64,000 bases of DNA. It comes from Truepera sp. (lineage in GTDB: Bacteria > Deinococcota > Deinococci > Deinococcales > Trueperaceae). Both the position numbers and the translations under genes were made by a program. Location: positions 3,296,001 through 3,360,000 of the forward strand of contig CBDCKW010000009.1 in assembly GCA_965218435.1 (NCBI GenBank), in the 5' to 3' direction. The notes beneath the pieces were generated by a model that was given only the letters and a program-made list of their open reading frames with translations, was not told the DNA's origin and ran no database searches. The stretch's first letter is position 1, and every line of letters starts with the position of its first letter. Positions 29,270 through 39,004 of the stretch are shown piece by piece.

Positions 29270-30232
29270 GTGGAGCAGTCGGAAAAACTTGACAACTTAA
29301 TTCAGACTGCCTACCTCTATTATCACGAAGGGCTGACCCAGGCCGAAATTGCGCAAGCATTAGGCATCTCGAGACCCACCGTGGCTAATTTGCTCCAACG
29401 AGCCCGTACTGAAGGTCTCGTGACGATTACGCTGCGCCCCGACTACCTGAGCAGCCTGACGCTAGCCCGCGACCTCAAAACGCATTTTGGTCTGACGGAC
29501 GCGCTGATCGTCCCTACTTTGCCGGGTGCCGACACCGCGGCGGTCAACCGCGCCTTAGGCGCGATGGGGGCGCTTTACCTCGAGAAAGTCCTGACCCCCG
29601 GTGACGTGATCGCCACTGCCTGGGGCGCGACGATGCTCGAGGTCGCTCAGGCGCTGAGCGGCCGCACCGTTGACAACGTCACCATTGCCCAGTCGCTCGG
29701 CGGGCTCTCAACGGCCGATTCGTTTAATCCGGGCCGCGTCGCCACCCTGATGGGCGACAAACTCGGGGCCAGAACCTATCATCTTTACGTGCCGGCGGTA
29801 GTTGAATCCAAAGAGGTCAGAAATATCTTGCTCCGCGACCGCGCCATCTACTCCGCTTTTGAGGTAGCCCGCTCAGCCCACCGCGCGATCTTAGGGATCG
29901 GGAAGGTCTCGCACAGCGCCACCGTCATTAAAGCCGGGTTTATCAGCACGCAGCAGATGGACGAGTTGCACGCGAAGGGTGCGGTCGGTGACATGTCCGG
30001 GCGTTTTTTTGACCTTGACGGCAAACCTGTGGTGACCGACCTCGACGCGCGGATTATCGCGCTCTCACTAGATGACCTTAAAACTATCGCGCCGGTCATC
30101 GCCGTTGCGGGCGGCGAGGATAAGGTCGAGGCAATTTTAGGGGCGCTTAGAGGCGGCTACTTAGACGTCTTAATCGTAGACGAGCAGACCGCCAAGAAGG
30201 TCTTAAAACGCAGTCAAGACGCGGGCGCTTAA
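29270..30232 (+). CDS. SorC/DeoR sugar-binding transcriptional regulator
   Basis: AYLYYHEGLTQAEIAQALGISRPTV, WGATM, GAVGDM, IAVAGGEDK. Confidence 0.92.
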   Translation: MEQSEKLDNLIQTAYLYYHEGLTQAEIAQALGISRPTVANLLQRARTEGLVTITLRPDYLSSLTLARDLKTHFGLTDALIVPTLPGADTAAVNRALGAMGALYLEKVLTPGDVIATAWGATMLEVAQALSGRTVDNVTIAQSLGGLSTADSFNPGRVATLMGDKLGARTYHLYVPAVVESKEVRNILLRDRAIYSAFEVARSAHRAILGIGKVSHSATVIKAGFISTQQMDELHAKGAVGDMSGRFFDLDGKPVVTDLDARIIALSLDDLKTIAPVIAVAGGEDKVEAILGALRGGYLDVLIVDEQTAKKVLKRSQDAGA

Positions 30233-30737
30233 GCTTCCGCTGAGGTTTTAGCAGCGGGTGACGTTGCTAGCGTAATTAGAACCTATCCGAAAACCCTCCT
30301 TAATTTCCCCATCTAACATTAGATTCGGCGAACGAAGCGGGATAAAAGCACGTGTGAAACGCTTTTCGTAAAGGGCGTTGCAAGAGCAAAGAAGTTAGAC
30401 GGTACGGCCTTGATTGGGACTAGCTTTGTACAAAAAGTCATAGGGATGCGCTTCGAAGAATTTACTTACGTTTTGTGTCGTTAAAAGATTTGACAACTCT
30501 CGCTGGTGACAGCAAAAGCTAGCCAAAGTCACACATCAACTTTTCGGCGTGAAAACTTGTGAGGTCAAGAGCTACTTCTTGTGCAAAGCCGTTAGGACGA
30601 CCGCATGCGCGTGTTGTTTCGCTTGCTGAACCAGACTTAGCTGACCAGTTGGTACACTCGGCTCCGAAAAGCAGTACTTTGCAAATTTGAACCTATATAC
30701 CGAGCCGTGTAAACTAGCTATTGTGGCTTTAGAAAAT

Positions 30738-33700
30738 ATGCCTGAAAGCCCTTGGCGCAGTCTTTTTGAAACGGTGCGGGGGGCGCTGCACAATCGGCGG
30801 GACGAGCGGGGCGTCGTCGGGTCGATCAACTGGCTCCGTCAGGGGATGGCCGAACGCGGGGCCAATCCGAACGTCGTACGTAATATTATCTACCGCGACA
30901 AAGGCAAGCTCGCCGACAAACGGGTGCTTTTCGGCCTCTTAAGCGAACTTTGGGAGAGCACCGAGCACCCCCCGCTCGAGGCTCCTGAGATCGAGCGGCT
31001 CCTAAGCGCCGCTCCCGACCGAGGGGAGGCGTTACAGCTTTTGGGCCGGGACAAGCGCCGTATTTACGAAGGTTTTGTCGGCGCGTTGCGGGCGGGCAAA
31101 CGCCCCAAACTGCTGGTGACCGGCCGCCCCGGATCGGGTAAAACGCTCCTTATTGATTATCTGCAAGAGGGGCTCGAGCGTGCAGCGCAAGCGCCGCAGA
31201 GTACAACCCGGAGTAAAACCCAAAGTGCACCGCAGGTCATCCGGCAAGAATTTTCGGCGCTCAACTTAGCCGACGCGCTGCTTCACCTCTCGCTCGCACT
31301 CGGAGGCTCGCCGCAGGCGTTTGCCGCCAAACTCGTCAAGGTCGGCGTCGCGGGCGCGTACTCGGTTCAGGCCGACGCGCAGGCCGGGGTTGCCAGAGTC
31401 GTATTAGAGCAGCTGCGAAACCGCCAAGGCCCGGTGGTGCTGCTACTGCACGTGTCGCAGTCTTCGGGGGGCACGCAGCCCGGACAGTTAGGCGACGTCC
31501 CGCTGCGCCTTAACACCCCGGAGGTGCCCCGGGTCGGCCTGACCGAATGGCTCTGGCATACGCTGCTGGAGCCACTTGGTCACCTGGGTCAGGTGAGTCT
31601 ACTCGTCAGCATGGCCGAGCTGCCCATAAGCTTGGCGGGCCGGACCGAAGCCTTTGAAGGTCCCTACAAGCTGAGCCCGCCGACGACCGCCGAGGCGCGG
31701 CGTTTTGTCCGCACCAAAGCGCCGCAGTTGCCGCCTGAACAGCAAGAAAAGCTCTTAGGGCAGGCCAAAGGCTCGTTTGAAAACCTCCGTACCCTGACGC
31801 TGCTCGCTGAAGCTCGTGAACCGCACGGTAACGGTTGGGACGAACACTCGAGTGACAGCCGGGATGAGCGTTGGCGTGAAGGTCAGGGCAATGTTCATGG
31901 TGGTGAGCGTCCAAGCGAGCAACTCGGTCAGCTCGTGACAACCGGCTCGAGCCGTATCCGGGACTTTCTCGAGGTGTTGGCGGTGCTGTCGCTGCCTGAG
32001 TTTCCGGCAGTGGCACAACGTGCGTTAGAAACGCTGCGGCGCACCGAGCCGCGTACCTTAAGCCCTCTCGAGCTGGCCTTTTTAGACGCGGTCCCGGGTG
32101 AGCCGGGGTACTGGCGGCCGTTTTCCCGGCAGTTTTCACAGGTTTTAAGGGACCAGTTGGGGACCGCTGACCCGGAGCGGTTTCGCAGCCTGAGCCGCGC
32201 GGCGGGCCGCCTTTACGAGGCGGAGGCGCACGCCGCGCCGCGTAGCGACGCAGCCGCGCGCTACGCCTACTACCTTTTTGCGGCCCGGGCTTGGCCCGAA
32301 CTGCTGGCTTGGACTGAGCACGCCCCCGCACCGCAACCCCTGTTACAGCGGCTCTGGCAGACTGCTCAGGTTGAACTAAGCAGCGAACCGAACAGCGGCG
32401 CAGACCTGATTAGCACGGTCGCGTTGCGCGTTGCGTCTTACTACGTGCGGCTCGGCAGCCCTGAACACCCCGACGCGCGTTCGGCCCTCGAGGTGCTCGC
32501 CGCCTCGAGCCGTCCCGAACTCCGCAACTGGGCGCTCGTCAAACGGGCCGAGAGTGCTCTGCAAGAGGGCCGTTTTGGGGAGGCTGAAACCCTGTTAGAC
32601 AGCTGGCACGAGGTCGGTGGGCTAGGACTCGCCACCGAAGTGGCCCTGTTACGCGCCAACCTCGCCCGCTGGCATTCGCGCCTGTCGGACGCTGCCGTCC
32701 ACGCCCAAAGCAGCATTGACACGCTGGCTGCTGCGGTGCCGGGGCCTTCAGAGAACACAGAGACCGGCGTTGACCCGCTTTTGGCGGCGCGGATCAGGCT
32801 TTGGGCCGGACTCGTTGCCAAAGACCGGGGCGAGTGGACAGAGGCGCTCAGTCACTTTCACGCCGCCCAAACCAGCGACGAACTTTTCCTCGCTCGCCTC
32901 CGGTTTCAAGAGGCCGATGTGCTCTACAGTCTGGGTCGACTCGGTGAGGCGCACGCGGCCCTAAACGACGCCGTAAGCTGGAGCACGCGGGGAGAAGCCC
33001 CGGCTTTTGAGCGGGCGCGCTACCAAGCGCGGCGCGGCACGCTCGCGCGGCGGCGAGGTGAGCTTGGCGCAGCCCAAGCAGATTTTGCGGCGGCGCAGAC
33101 CGTCTTAGCGGAGACCGAACCGGGGTCTTCGTCGCTCAGACTCAGCTTCGAGCAGGCCAAGGTCCGAGACGAAGGGGCGCTCAATCTGCTGGCCGCAGGA
33201 CAGGCGGACGACGCGGTCGCTGCCTTACAAGAAAGTCAGGAGGCCTTTACGGCTTACGGTAGGCGTTACGACGTTGATCCGAGCTTCCGGGTACTGCGTA
33301 GCCGTCTGCGGCTGGCCGCCGCTTACGGCTGCCGCGCCCTCGCCCAGCGTTACGGGCTACTCGTCGGCCCTTACTACGATGAGCCTGCCTCACCCGATTT
33401 GCAAAGGGCGCAGCAGCTCATCGCAGAGGTCCTTAAGACGCTGGCAGCCGAGCCGGGGCGTTACGCGGGCCTCGTCACTACAGCGCGGCTCAGTGGGGGC
33501 CTCTTGCTTTTGCCTAGTCACGCCGTTCCCCAAGCAGAAGCGGCGCTGGCTGACGCCCGTTACCCTTATGGGCGAGGACTGGCCGGGGCATTTTACGCGG
33601 GCGCACTGTTACGCCGTGGCGACCCCGCACCGGCGCGCGTAGCCGTCGCGGAGGCGCGGCGCGACCTGCAAGACACGACTAACGGCGTCATTGACGACTA

Positions 33701-34004
33701 CGCTCTCTGCGCCTACCTCGCCTTGGTGGACGCAACCGCTCTCCTCCGTCTGGGCAGATGCTCTGGGGCGCACGAACGTATTCTTGAAGCCTTACAAAAC
33801 GCGCAGCTCGCGCCCTATCATGACCCTTTGCTCCGCCACTTCGGGAACGCGGCTGAACATTTAGGTGTCCAGCTCAGCGCCGCCGCCTTGGGCCTCGGCG
33901 ACGCGCCGCTACCGAGCACCCTCCGCCCCGCCGACGCCCTCGCCCTGCGCTGGCGGCAACAGCGCGTTATGCCCGCCACAGCCGACCTCGAGCCCTCACG
34001 ATGA
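30738..34004 (+). CDS. Large N-terminal HTH-like / P-loop ATPase / TPR-like protein
   Basis: Walker A GRPGSGKT; long Ala/Leu/Arg-rich helical repeats; start 30738 (ORF open from 30687). Confidence 0.75.
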   Translation: MPESPWRSLFETVRGALHNRRDERGVVGSINWLRQGMAERGANPNVVRNIIYRDKGKLADKRVLFGLLSELWESTEHPPLEAPEIERLLSAAPDRGEALQLLGRDKRRIYEGFVGALRAGKRPKLLVTGRPGSGKTLLIDYLQEGLERAAQAPQSTTRSKTQSAPQVIRQEFSALNLADALLHLSLALGGSPQAFAAKLVKVGVAGAYSVQADAQAGVARVVLEQLRNRQGPVVLLLHVSQSSGGTQPGQLGDVPLRLNTPEVPRVGLTEWLWHTLLEPLGHLGQVSLLVSMAELPISLAGRTEAFEGPYKLSPPTTAEARRFVRTKAPQLPPEQQEKLLGQAKGSFENLRTLTLLAEAREPHGNGWDEHSSDSRDERWREGQGNVHGGERPSEQLGQLVTTGSSRIRDFLEVLAVLSLPEFPAVAQRALETLRRTEPRTLSPLELAFLDAVPGEPGYWRPFSRQFSQVLRDQLGTADPERFRSLSRAAGRLYEAEAHAAPRSDAAARYAYYLFAARAWPELLAWTEHAPAPQPLLQRLWQTAQVELSSEPNSGADLISTVALRVASYYVRLGSPEHPDARSALEVLAASSRPELRNWALVKRAESALQEGRFGEAETLLDSWHEVGGLGLATEVALLRANLARWHSRLSDAAVHAQSSIDTLAAAVPGPSENTETGVDPLLAARIRLWAGLVAKDRGEWTEALSHFHAAQTSDELFLARLRFQEADVLYSLGRLGEAHAALNDAVSWSTRGEAPAFERARYQARRGTLARRRGELGAAQADFAAAQTVLAETEPGSSSLRLSFEQAKVRDEGALNLLAAGQADDAVAALQESQEAFTAYGRRYDVDPSFRVLRSRLRLAAAYGCRALAQRYGLLVGPYYDEPASPDLQRAQQLIAEVLKTLAAEPGRYAGLVTTARLSGGLLLLPSHAVPQAEAALADARYPYGRGLAGAFYAGALLRRGDPAPARVAVAEARRDLQDTTNGVIDDYALCAYLALVDATALLRLGRCSGAHERILEALQNAQLAPYHDPLLRHFGNAAEHLGVQLSAAALGLGDAPLPSTLRPADALALRWRQQRVMPATADLEPSR

Positions 34005-34017
34005 CCGGCGGCGCACA

Positions 34018-35202
34018 ATGAGTCCGGCCACAGTGAGTCCGGCTCCGTGTGCGTTTGTCTATGCGCCCGCTTTGGGCGACTATGAACTCTCCGCCGAGCA
34101 CCCGTTCAAACCGGTCCGCCTCGAGCTGACCCGGACGCTGTTAGAGGCGTGTAACCTGTTAAGTGAAACCCAGATTTTCGCTCCCGACCCGTTCGCCGAA
34201 ACACAACTCCTAACGCTGCACGACCCGGCCTTCGTCGCGGCAGTGAAGGCGGCCTCGAGCGGTACCATGCCCGAAGACGCTCTGCAGTACGGCCTCGGCA
34301 CGTCTGACAACCCGGTCCCTTTGGGATTGCACGACGCCATTTTGCGTATCTGCGGCGCAACTCTGGCGGCTGTGCGGCTCGTCGCGTCGGGTCGGGCGAC
34401 GCGGGCGCTCAGCCTTTCAGGTGGCCTGCACCACGCAAGCAGGGCCAAGATGTCGGGGTTTTGTACCTATAATGACGTGGCGCTGGCTATTCACGAAGCC
34501 GTCACGCAGTACGGGTTGCGCGTCGCTTACCTTGACCTCGACGCCCACCACGGCGACGGGGTACAAGAGCTCTTTTACGCCTCGGGTAAGGTCATGACCG
34601 TGAGCGTCCACGAATCGGGGCGGTATCTGTTTCCCGGAACCGGGTTTACCTTTGAGGTCGGGCGCGGGGCGGGGCGGGGGCTCAGTGTGAATGTACCGCT
34701 CGAGCCCTTTACCGAAGACGCGTCGTACTTGGAAACGCTAGAGACCGTGTTGCCCAAAGCCTTAGCCGCCTTTCAGCCCGACCTGATCGTCCTCCAAGCC
34801 GGGGCCGATATGCACCGCTACGACCCGCTGACCGATCTTCATCTGAGCGTTCAAGGCGTCGCTGAGAGTTACCGGCTGGTAAGCCGTTTAGCCGACGAGT
34901 TTTGCGGCGGGCGACTGGTAGCAACGGGCGGCGGCGGGTACGACCCGTACCGGACGGTGCCGCGCGTCTGGGCGCAGCTGTGGGGGGCGCTCACGGGTCA
35001 AAGTGTCCCTGGGGAGGTTCCAACAGCGTGGCGTAGAGCGTGGGAGCACAAACTCGGCGTAACGCTGCCGACGACCTTTGCCGACGATACGGGCGCGTGG
35101 CCCCGAAGCCCGAGACGGCAGCAGATTGAAGCCGCGAACCGCCTTACCGTGCGTAAACTCTTGGCGGCGCTCCAACCGATTTGGCTCGAGCAGAACGTTT
35201 AA
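34018..35202 (+). CDS. acuC: AcuC/histone deacetylase family protein
   Basis: HPFKPVR, GGLHHA, SGFCTYND, DLDAHHGDG, QAGADMHRYDPL, TGGGGY. Confidence 0.88.
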   Translation: MSPATVSPAPCAFVYAPALGDYELSAEHPFKPVRLELTRTLLEACNLLSETQIFAPDPFAETQLLTLHDPAFVAAVKAASSGTMPEDALQYGLGTSDNPVPLGLHDAILRICGATLAAVRLVASGRATRALSLSGGLHHASRAKMSGFCTYNDVALAIHEAVTQYGLRVAYLDLDAHHGDGVQELFYASGKVMTVSVHESGRYLFPGTGFTFEVGRGAGRGLSVNVPLEPFTEDASYLETLETVLPKALAAFQPDLIVLQAGADMHRYDPLTDLHLSVQGVAESYRLVSRLADEFCGGRLVATGGGGYDPYRTVPRVWAQLWGALTGQSVPGEVPTAWRRAWEHKLGVTLPTTFADDTGAWPRSPRRQQIEAANRLTVRKLLAALQPIWLEQNV

Positions 35203-35209
35203 GCAAGCA

Positions 35210-36004
35210 TCAGGTCACGACGTTGAGCCAACCCCCGTCCACGTAATACGTTGACCCGACGCTGTAACTCGCCCGGTCCGAGCACAAAAAGACGAAGAAG
35301 TTCGCCAGCTCTTCTGCGGTCCCAAAGCGTCCAATCGGCGCGTTCGCCTCGGCAATTCCGGCCAGGTAATCCTGCCACGTCACGTCTTTGTCTTGGGTTA
35401 AAAGCTTCGCGGTTTTCTCCCAATCGGGCGTTTGGATCAAACCGGGATTCACCGTATTGACGCGGATGTGGTCTCCAATCAGCTCGTTCGCTAAACATTT
35501 GGAAAACATTGCCAAGGCCGCTTTTGAGACGTTGTAGATGGGTTCGTAGCCGAGCGGTTGCGACGCGCAGATGGACGCGTTATTTAAGATGACGCCACCG
35601 CCGCGCGAGCGCATCGAGGGCACCAGCGCCTTTGACAGCCGCACCGCCGCCATCAGGTGCAGGTCTAGGTAATACGCCCACTTCTCGTCGTCGGCCTCCA
35701 TGATGGTCTCTTCACTACCGGTGCCCGCGTTGTTGATTAAAATGTCTACGCCGCCAAAGGTCTCGAGCACCGTGTCTGAAAACCGCGTGATGTCTTCCGT
35801 CCGGCTCATATCCGCTCCCACGCCGAGCGTTTCGACGTTGTAAGTTTCTGCAAGCCGCGCCGCCTCACGTTTGACCCTTGCTTCATCACGGGCGCAGAGC
35901 GCCAGCTTGACCCCTTCTTGCGCCAACCCTTCGGCGACCGCCAACCCGATTCCGACGCTGCCCCCGGTCACGACCGCCACCTTACCGCCCAGTCCTAGAT
36001 CCAC
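35210..36004 (-). CDS. SDR, NADPH L-sorbose reductase (SboA)-like
   Basis: NNAGTGSEETIMEADDEKW, NASICASQPLGYEPIYNVSKAAL, PGLIQTPDW, as recalled for the Gluconobacter enzyme. Confidence 0.78.
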   Translation of the reverse strand: MDLGLGGKVAVVTGGSVGIGLAVAEGLAQEGVKLALCARDEARVKREAARLAETYNVETLGVGADMSRTEDITRFSDTVLETFGGVDILINNAGTGSEETIMEADDEKWAYYLDLHLMAAVRLSKALVPSMRSRGGGVILNNASICASQPLGYEPIYNVSKAALAMFSKCLANELIGDHIRVNTVNPGLIQTPDWEKTAKLLTQDKDVTWQDYLAGIAEANAPIGRFGTAEELANFFVFLCSDRASYSVGSTYYVDGGWLNVVT

Positions 36005-36119
36005 GGTTCCTCCCTACCTATCTGAGATGCCCTATCTTTTCATATCTGGGGACGCCCGTGCCAGCCAACCTGTAAGACAGAGGCTTTTTGTCTTTGCACA
36101 GGTAAGCTTGACTAGAGAC

Positions 36120-37058
36120 GTGGAGCAGCACCGCGTCACCTTATCCGCAACGCCGCCCTTTTCGTTTAGGCGGACCTTCGCTTTCATCCACGCGTTTTAC
36201 GCCCGCGATTACGAGCGGGTTCCGGCGCACCGGCAGCTTCAGGGCGAGACGCTCCGGCGCGTCGTGAGCGTGTGCGGCGTGCCAGTGCTTTTTGAAGTGC
36301 GTGCTGTAGAGGAAGGACTCGAGCTCACCCTCTACGCCGCAGAGCTGAGTGACGCACTTGTCGCCGCCGCTTCCGAGCGCGTGCGCTTTTATCTGGGACT
36401 TGAAGACGACTTGACACCGCTCTATAGCCGCGCCGACCCGGTTTTTGAGGGTGTGGTTAGAACCTGGCACGGTTACCACATGCTCAAAGTCCTGACGCCG
36501 TTTGAGGCCGCGTGTTGGGCGCTCATTCAGCAGCGCACGCCTAACGGCTTTGCCCACAAAACGATGGCGCGACTCGCTGAGAGTTTTGGCGGCAGCCTGG
36601 TTTGTGAAGGCGAAACGTATACGGCGTTTCCTGAAGCGCAGGCGCTGGTGGATAATCCGCAGGCACGGGTCCTGGCCGCTACCAACAACACCCGCAAGAC
36701 CGAACGCCTACTGCACGTCATTCGCGCCTTTTCCACCGCCGACGAAACCTTTTTACGCGCCGCGCCCTACGGCGAGGTGGCCGCGTGGCTCGGCAGCATC
36801 AAAGGCTTGGGGGCGTGGTCGGTGGACTTTATCATGCTCCGGGGTTTAGGCCGTTTTGAACGGGTGCCGTGGACCGATACCGGGATGTTAGAGGCCATTT
36901 CAAAGGTTTATACTCAGGGTTTCGACATCAGCTTGGGGCACGCCCGCGAACTTGCGGAGCGTTACGGACGCGTTCAGGGACTGTGGGCGCACTATGTTAA
37001 GACGTCTGCGTACAGTTCAGGCCCCCCGGAAGGTGCTACACTGCGTAAAGATGAATGA
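36120..37058 (+). CDS. DNA-3-methyladenine glycosylase II (AlkA-like)
   Basis: PFEAACWALIQQ, FPEAQAL, HhH motif LGSIKGLGAWS, catalytic D in PWTD. Confidence 0.85.
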   Translation: MEQHRVTLSATPPFSFRRTFAFIHAFYARDYERVPAHRQLQGETLRRVVSVCGVPVLFEVRAVEEGLELTLYAAELSDALVAAASERVRFYLGLEDDLTPLYSRADPVFEGVVRTWHGYHMLKVLTPFEAACWALIQQRTPNGFAHKTMARLAESFGGSLVCEGETYTAFPEAQALVDNPQARVLAATNNTRKTERLLHVIRAFSTADETFLRAAPYGEVAAWLGSIKGLGAWSVDFIMLRGLGRFERVPWTDTGMLEAISKVYTQGFDISLGHARELAERYGRVQGLWAHYVKTSAYSSGPPEGATLRKDE

Positions 37059-37138
37059 CGTACAAAAAGCAGAACCCCCCAGTTCCCTCTACCCTTTGAA
37101 TCCCTACTCAACTCTCCTAACCCAGCTCGAGGACGTGC

Positions 37139-38485
37139 GTGCTTAACGTCTTAGTAATCTTTTTACTGATCCTCGTTAATGGGCTTTTTGCCATGAGCGA
37201 GATGGCGGTCGTCTCGTCACGCAAACCCAAACTGCAAAAGTTGGCCGAAGAGGGCAACCGCCGCGCCGCCAACGCGCTCGCCTTAGCGCAAGACCCCAAC
37301 CGCTTTTTATCTACCGTTCAGGTCGGTATCACGCTCGTCGGCGTTGGCTCGGGTGCGTTCGGGGCGGCGTCTTTAGCTGGGCCACTGAGTAATCTGCTCG
37401 GCAAGCTCGGGTTAGCTAGAGCGGTCAGCTATCCGCTCAGTTTCGGCGTTCTGATCGTCACGATTACCTATATCTCGCTCGTGGTCGGTGAGCTCGTTCC
37501 CAAACGGCTCGCCCTCAATGACCCCGAACGCGTGGCGATGAACATTGCCGGGTTGATGAGCCGGGTATCGCGGATTGCGACGCCACTCGTCCGGTTGTTG
37601 TCGTTTTCAACCGAAGGTCTACTACGACTCGTCGGGGCAAAACAGAGCAGTGACCCGCCGGTCAGCGAAGAGGAGATCAATTCGCTCCTTCAACAGGGCG
37701 CTGATGCGGGCGTGTTTGAAGCGAGCGAACAGGCGATCGTTGAAAACTTATTCTGGCTCGGCGACCAGTACGTCTCGTCTATTATGACGCCCCGCCGCGA
37801 CATCGGTTGGCTCGAGGTTGACAGCGATACCGCGACCCTCAAATCGCACCTGGACGCCTACAGCTATTCGCGCATCTTGGTCTGCCGCGGCGACCTAGAC
37901 GCCATCGTCGGAATGGTGCATACCCGCAGCTTGCTCAAAGGCTGTATGGAAGGTAGACCCTTAGACCTCGAGGCGACGAGTAAAAAGCCGTTGTTCGTGC
38001 CCGAAACGCTGCCGGTCTTAAAACTTTTAGAGCAGTACCGCGAGAGCGGTACCCACGTTGCAGTCGTCGTCAACGAATACGGCCACACCGAAGGTTTAGT
38101 GACCTTAAACGACGTGCTCGAGGGTCTAGTCGGCGACCTACCCGAACCCGATGAACTCGACTCCGAATACGTTTCGCAGCGTGAGGACGGCACCTATCTG
38201 CTCGACGGACTGTTAGAAGTTGACGACCTCAAAGACCTTTTACACCTTAAAACGTTGCCCCGCGAAGACGAGAGCGACTTTCGTACGCTTGGCGGATTTG
38301 TCACCTCGTATATGGACCGTATCCCCTCAGAGTCCGAGAGTTTCGAGGCGGAAGGCTGGCGTTTTGAAGTTATAGACATGGACGGTTCCCGCGTCGACAA
38401 GCTGCTCGTTTCGCCGGAGCCGGAGGCGTTAGAGGGCAAAGACGAAGCCCAACTTGAGCCGGATTCCAACAAAGCAGATAGATAG
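37139..38485 (+). CDS. Hemolysin family/CNNM protein (DUF21-CBS-CorC)
   Basis: NGLFAMSEMA, GELVPKRLA, IMTPR, VVVNEYG, TLGGF. Confidence 0.92.
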   Translation: MLNVLVIFLLILVNGLFAMSEMAVVSSRKPKLQKLAEEGNRRAANALALAQDPNRFLSTVQVGITLVGVGSGAFGAASLAGPLSNLLGKLGLARAVSYPLSFGVLIVTITYISLVVGELVPKRLALNDPERVAMNIAGLMSRVSRIATPLVRLLSFSTEGLLRLVGAKQSSDPPVSEEEINSLLQQGADAGVFEASEQAIVENLFWLGDQYVSSIMTPRRDIGWLEVDSDTATLKSHLDAYSYSRILVCRGDLDAIVGMVHTRSLLKGCMEGRPLDLEATSKKPLFVPETLPVLKLLEQYRESGTHVAVVVNEYGHTEGLVTLNDVLEGLVGDLPEPDELDSEYVSQREDGTYLLDGLLEVDDLKDLLHLKTLPREDESDFRTLGGFVTSYMDRIPSESESFEAEGWRFEVIDMDGSRVDKLLVSPEPEALEGKDEAQLEPDSNKADR

Positions 38486-39004
38486 GCTCGAGTACAGGTT
38501 TAGGATATTCAGGCTTTTCTGCTCGAGGCTGGCGTTCGGTCCAACTCAAATCTCTTACGGTTTACACACAGCTGCTGAAGTACGCTATGGACATCCGTTA
38601 TCTACCGAATCAGCTCGAGCTCGGCCGAGCCGAAAAGCGCAGACGGTTGATACGCCCGTACTCGGGCGCGGCCCGTTTGCTCTCTGCTCCGAAGGGTTTT
38701 AGCTCCGGCGGCGTTTCGAGAATAGCCGTATGCTCCGGCAGCAAACGTTTAACGCGCATCAGCTGACACTATAAAGTATCTATAATAATACTCCGGACAG
38801 GTTTTGACGCAAAATCCGCTTTGCCCGTCTGTGACGCAAATCCCTAAGTAGAAGTCGTATTTAGAAATGCCGTCTCTGACGCGCTTTCTATATAAGTGTC
38901 CGAAGTATTGTATAAAGTATTGTGAGCAGGCCGAGATGACACCGACATTCGGTAGACTCGTCTTAACGAACCCAAAAGCGTCACCGCGTTATGATGGAAT
39001 AATT

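Noticed and set aside
30233..30737. Long intergenic region as a possible ncRNA, riboswitch or parS site
   Set aside because: No recognisable motif; GTGAAAC-containing stretches do not match the parS palindrome.
36952..37146. Short ORF between alkA and the hemolysin-family gene as a frameshifted N-terminus
   Set aside because: The hemolysin-family ORF already has a complete first TM segment and a GAGGA RBS-like sequence upstream.
38587..38766. 59-codon ORF MDIRYLPNQLELGRAEKRRR...
   Set aside because: No RBS or properly spaced -10 box, and no recognisable family.
38823..38839. Possible RDRM (DdrO site) upstream of uvrD: GCCCGTCTGTGACGCAA
   Set aside because: Only the right half fits the 17-bp palindrome; TGACGCAAA is also locally duplicated, which fits the micro-duplication pattern.
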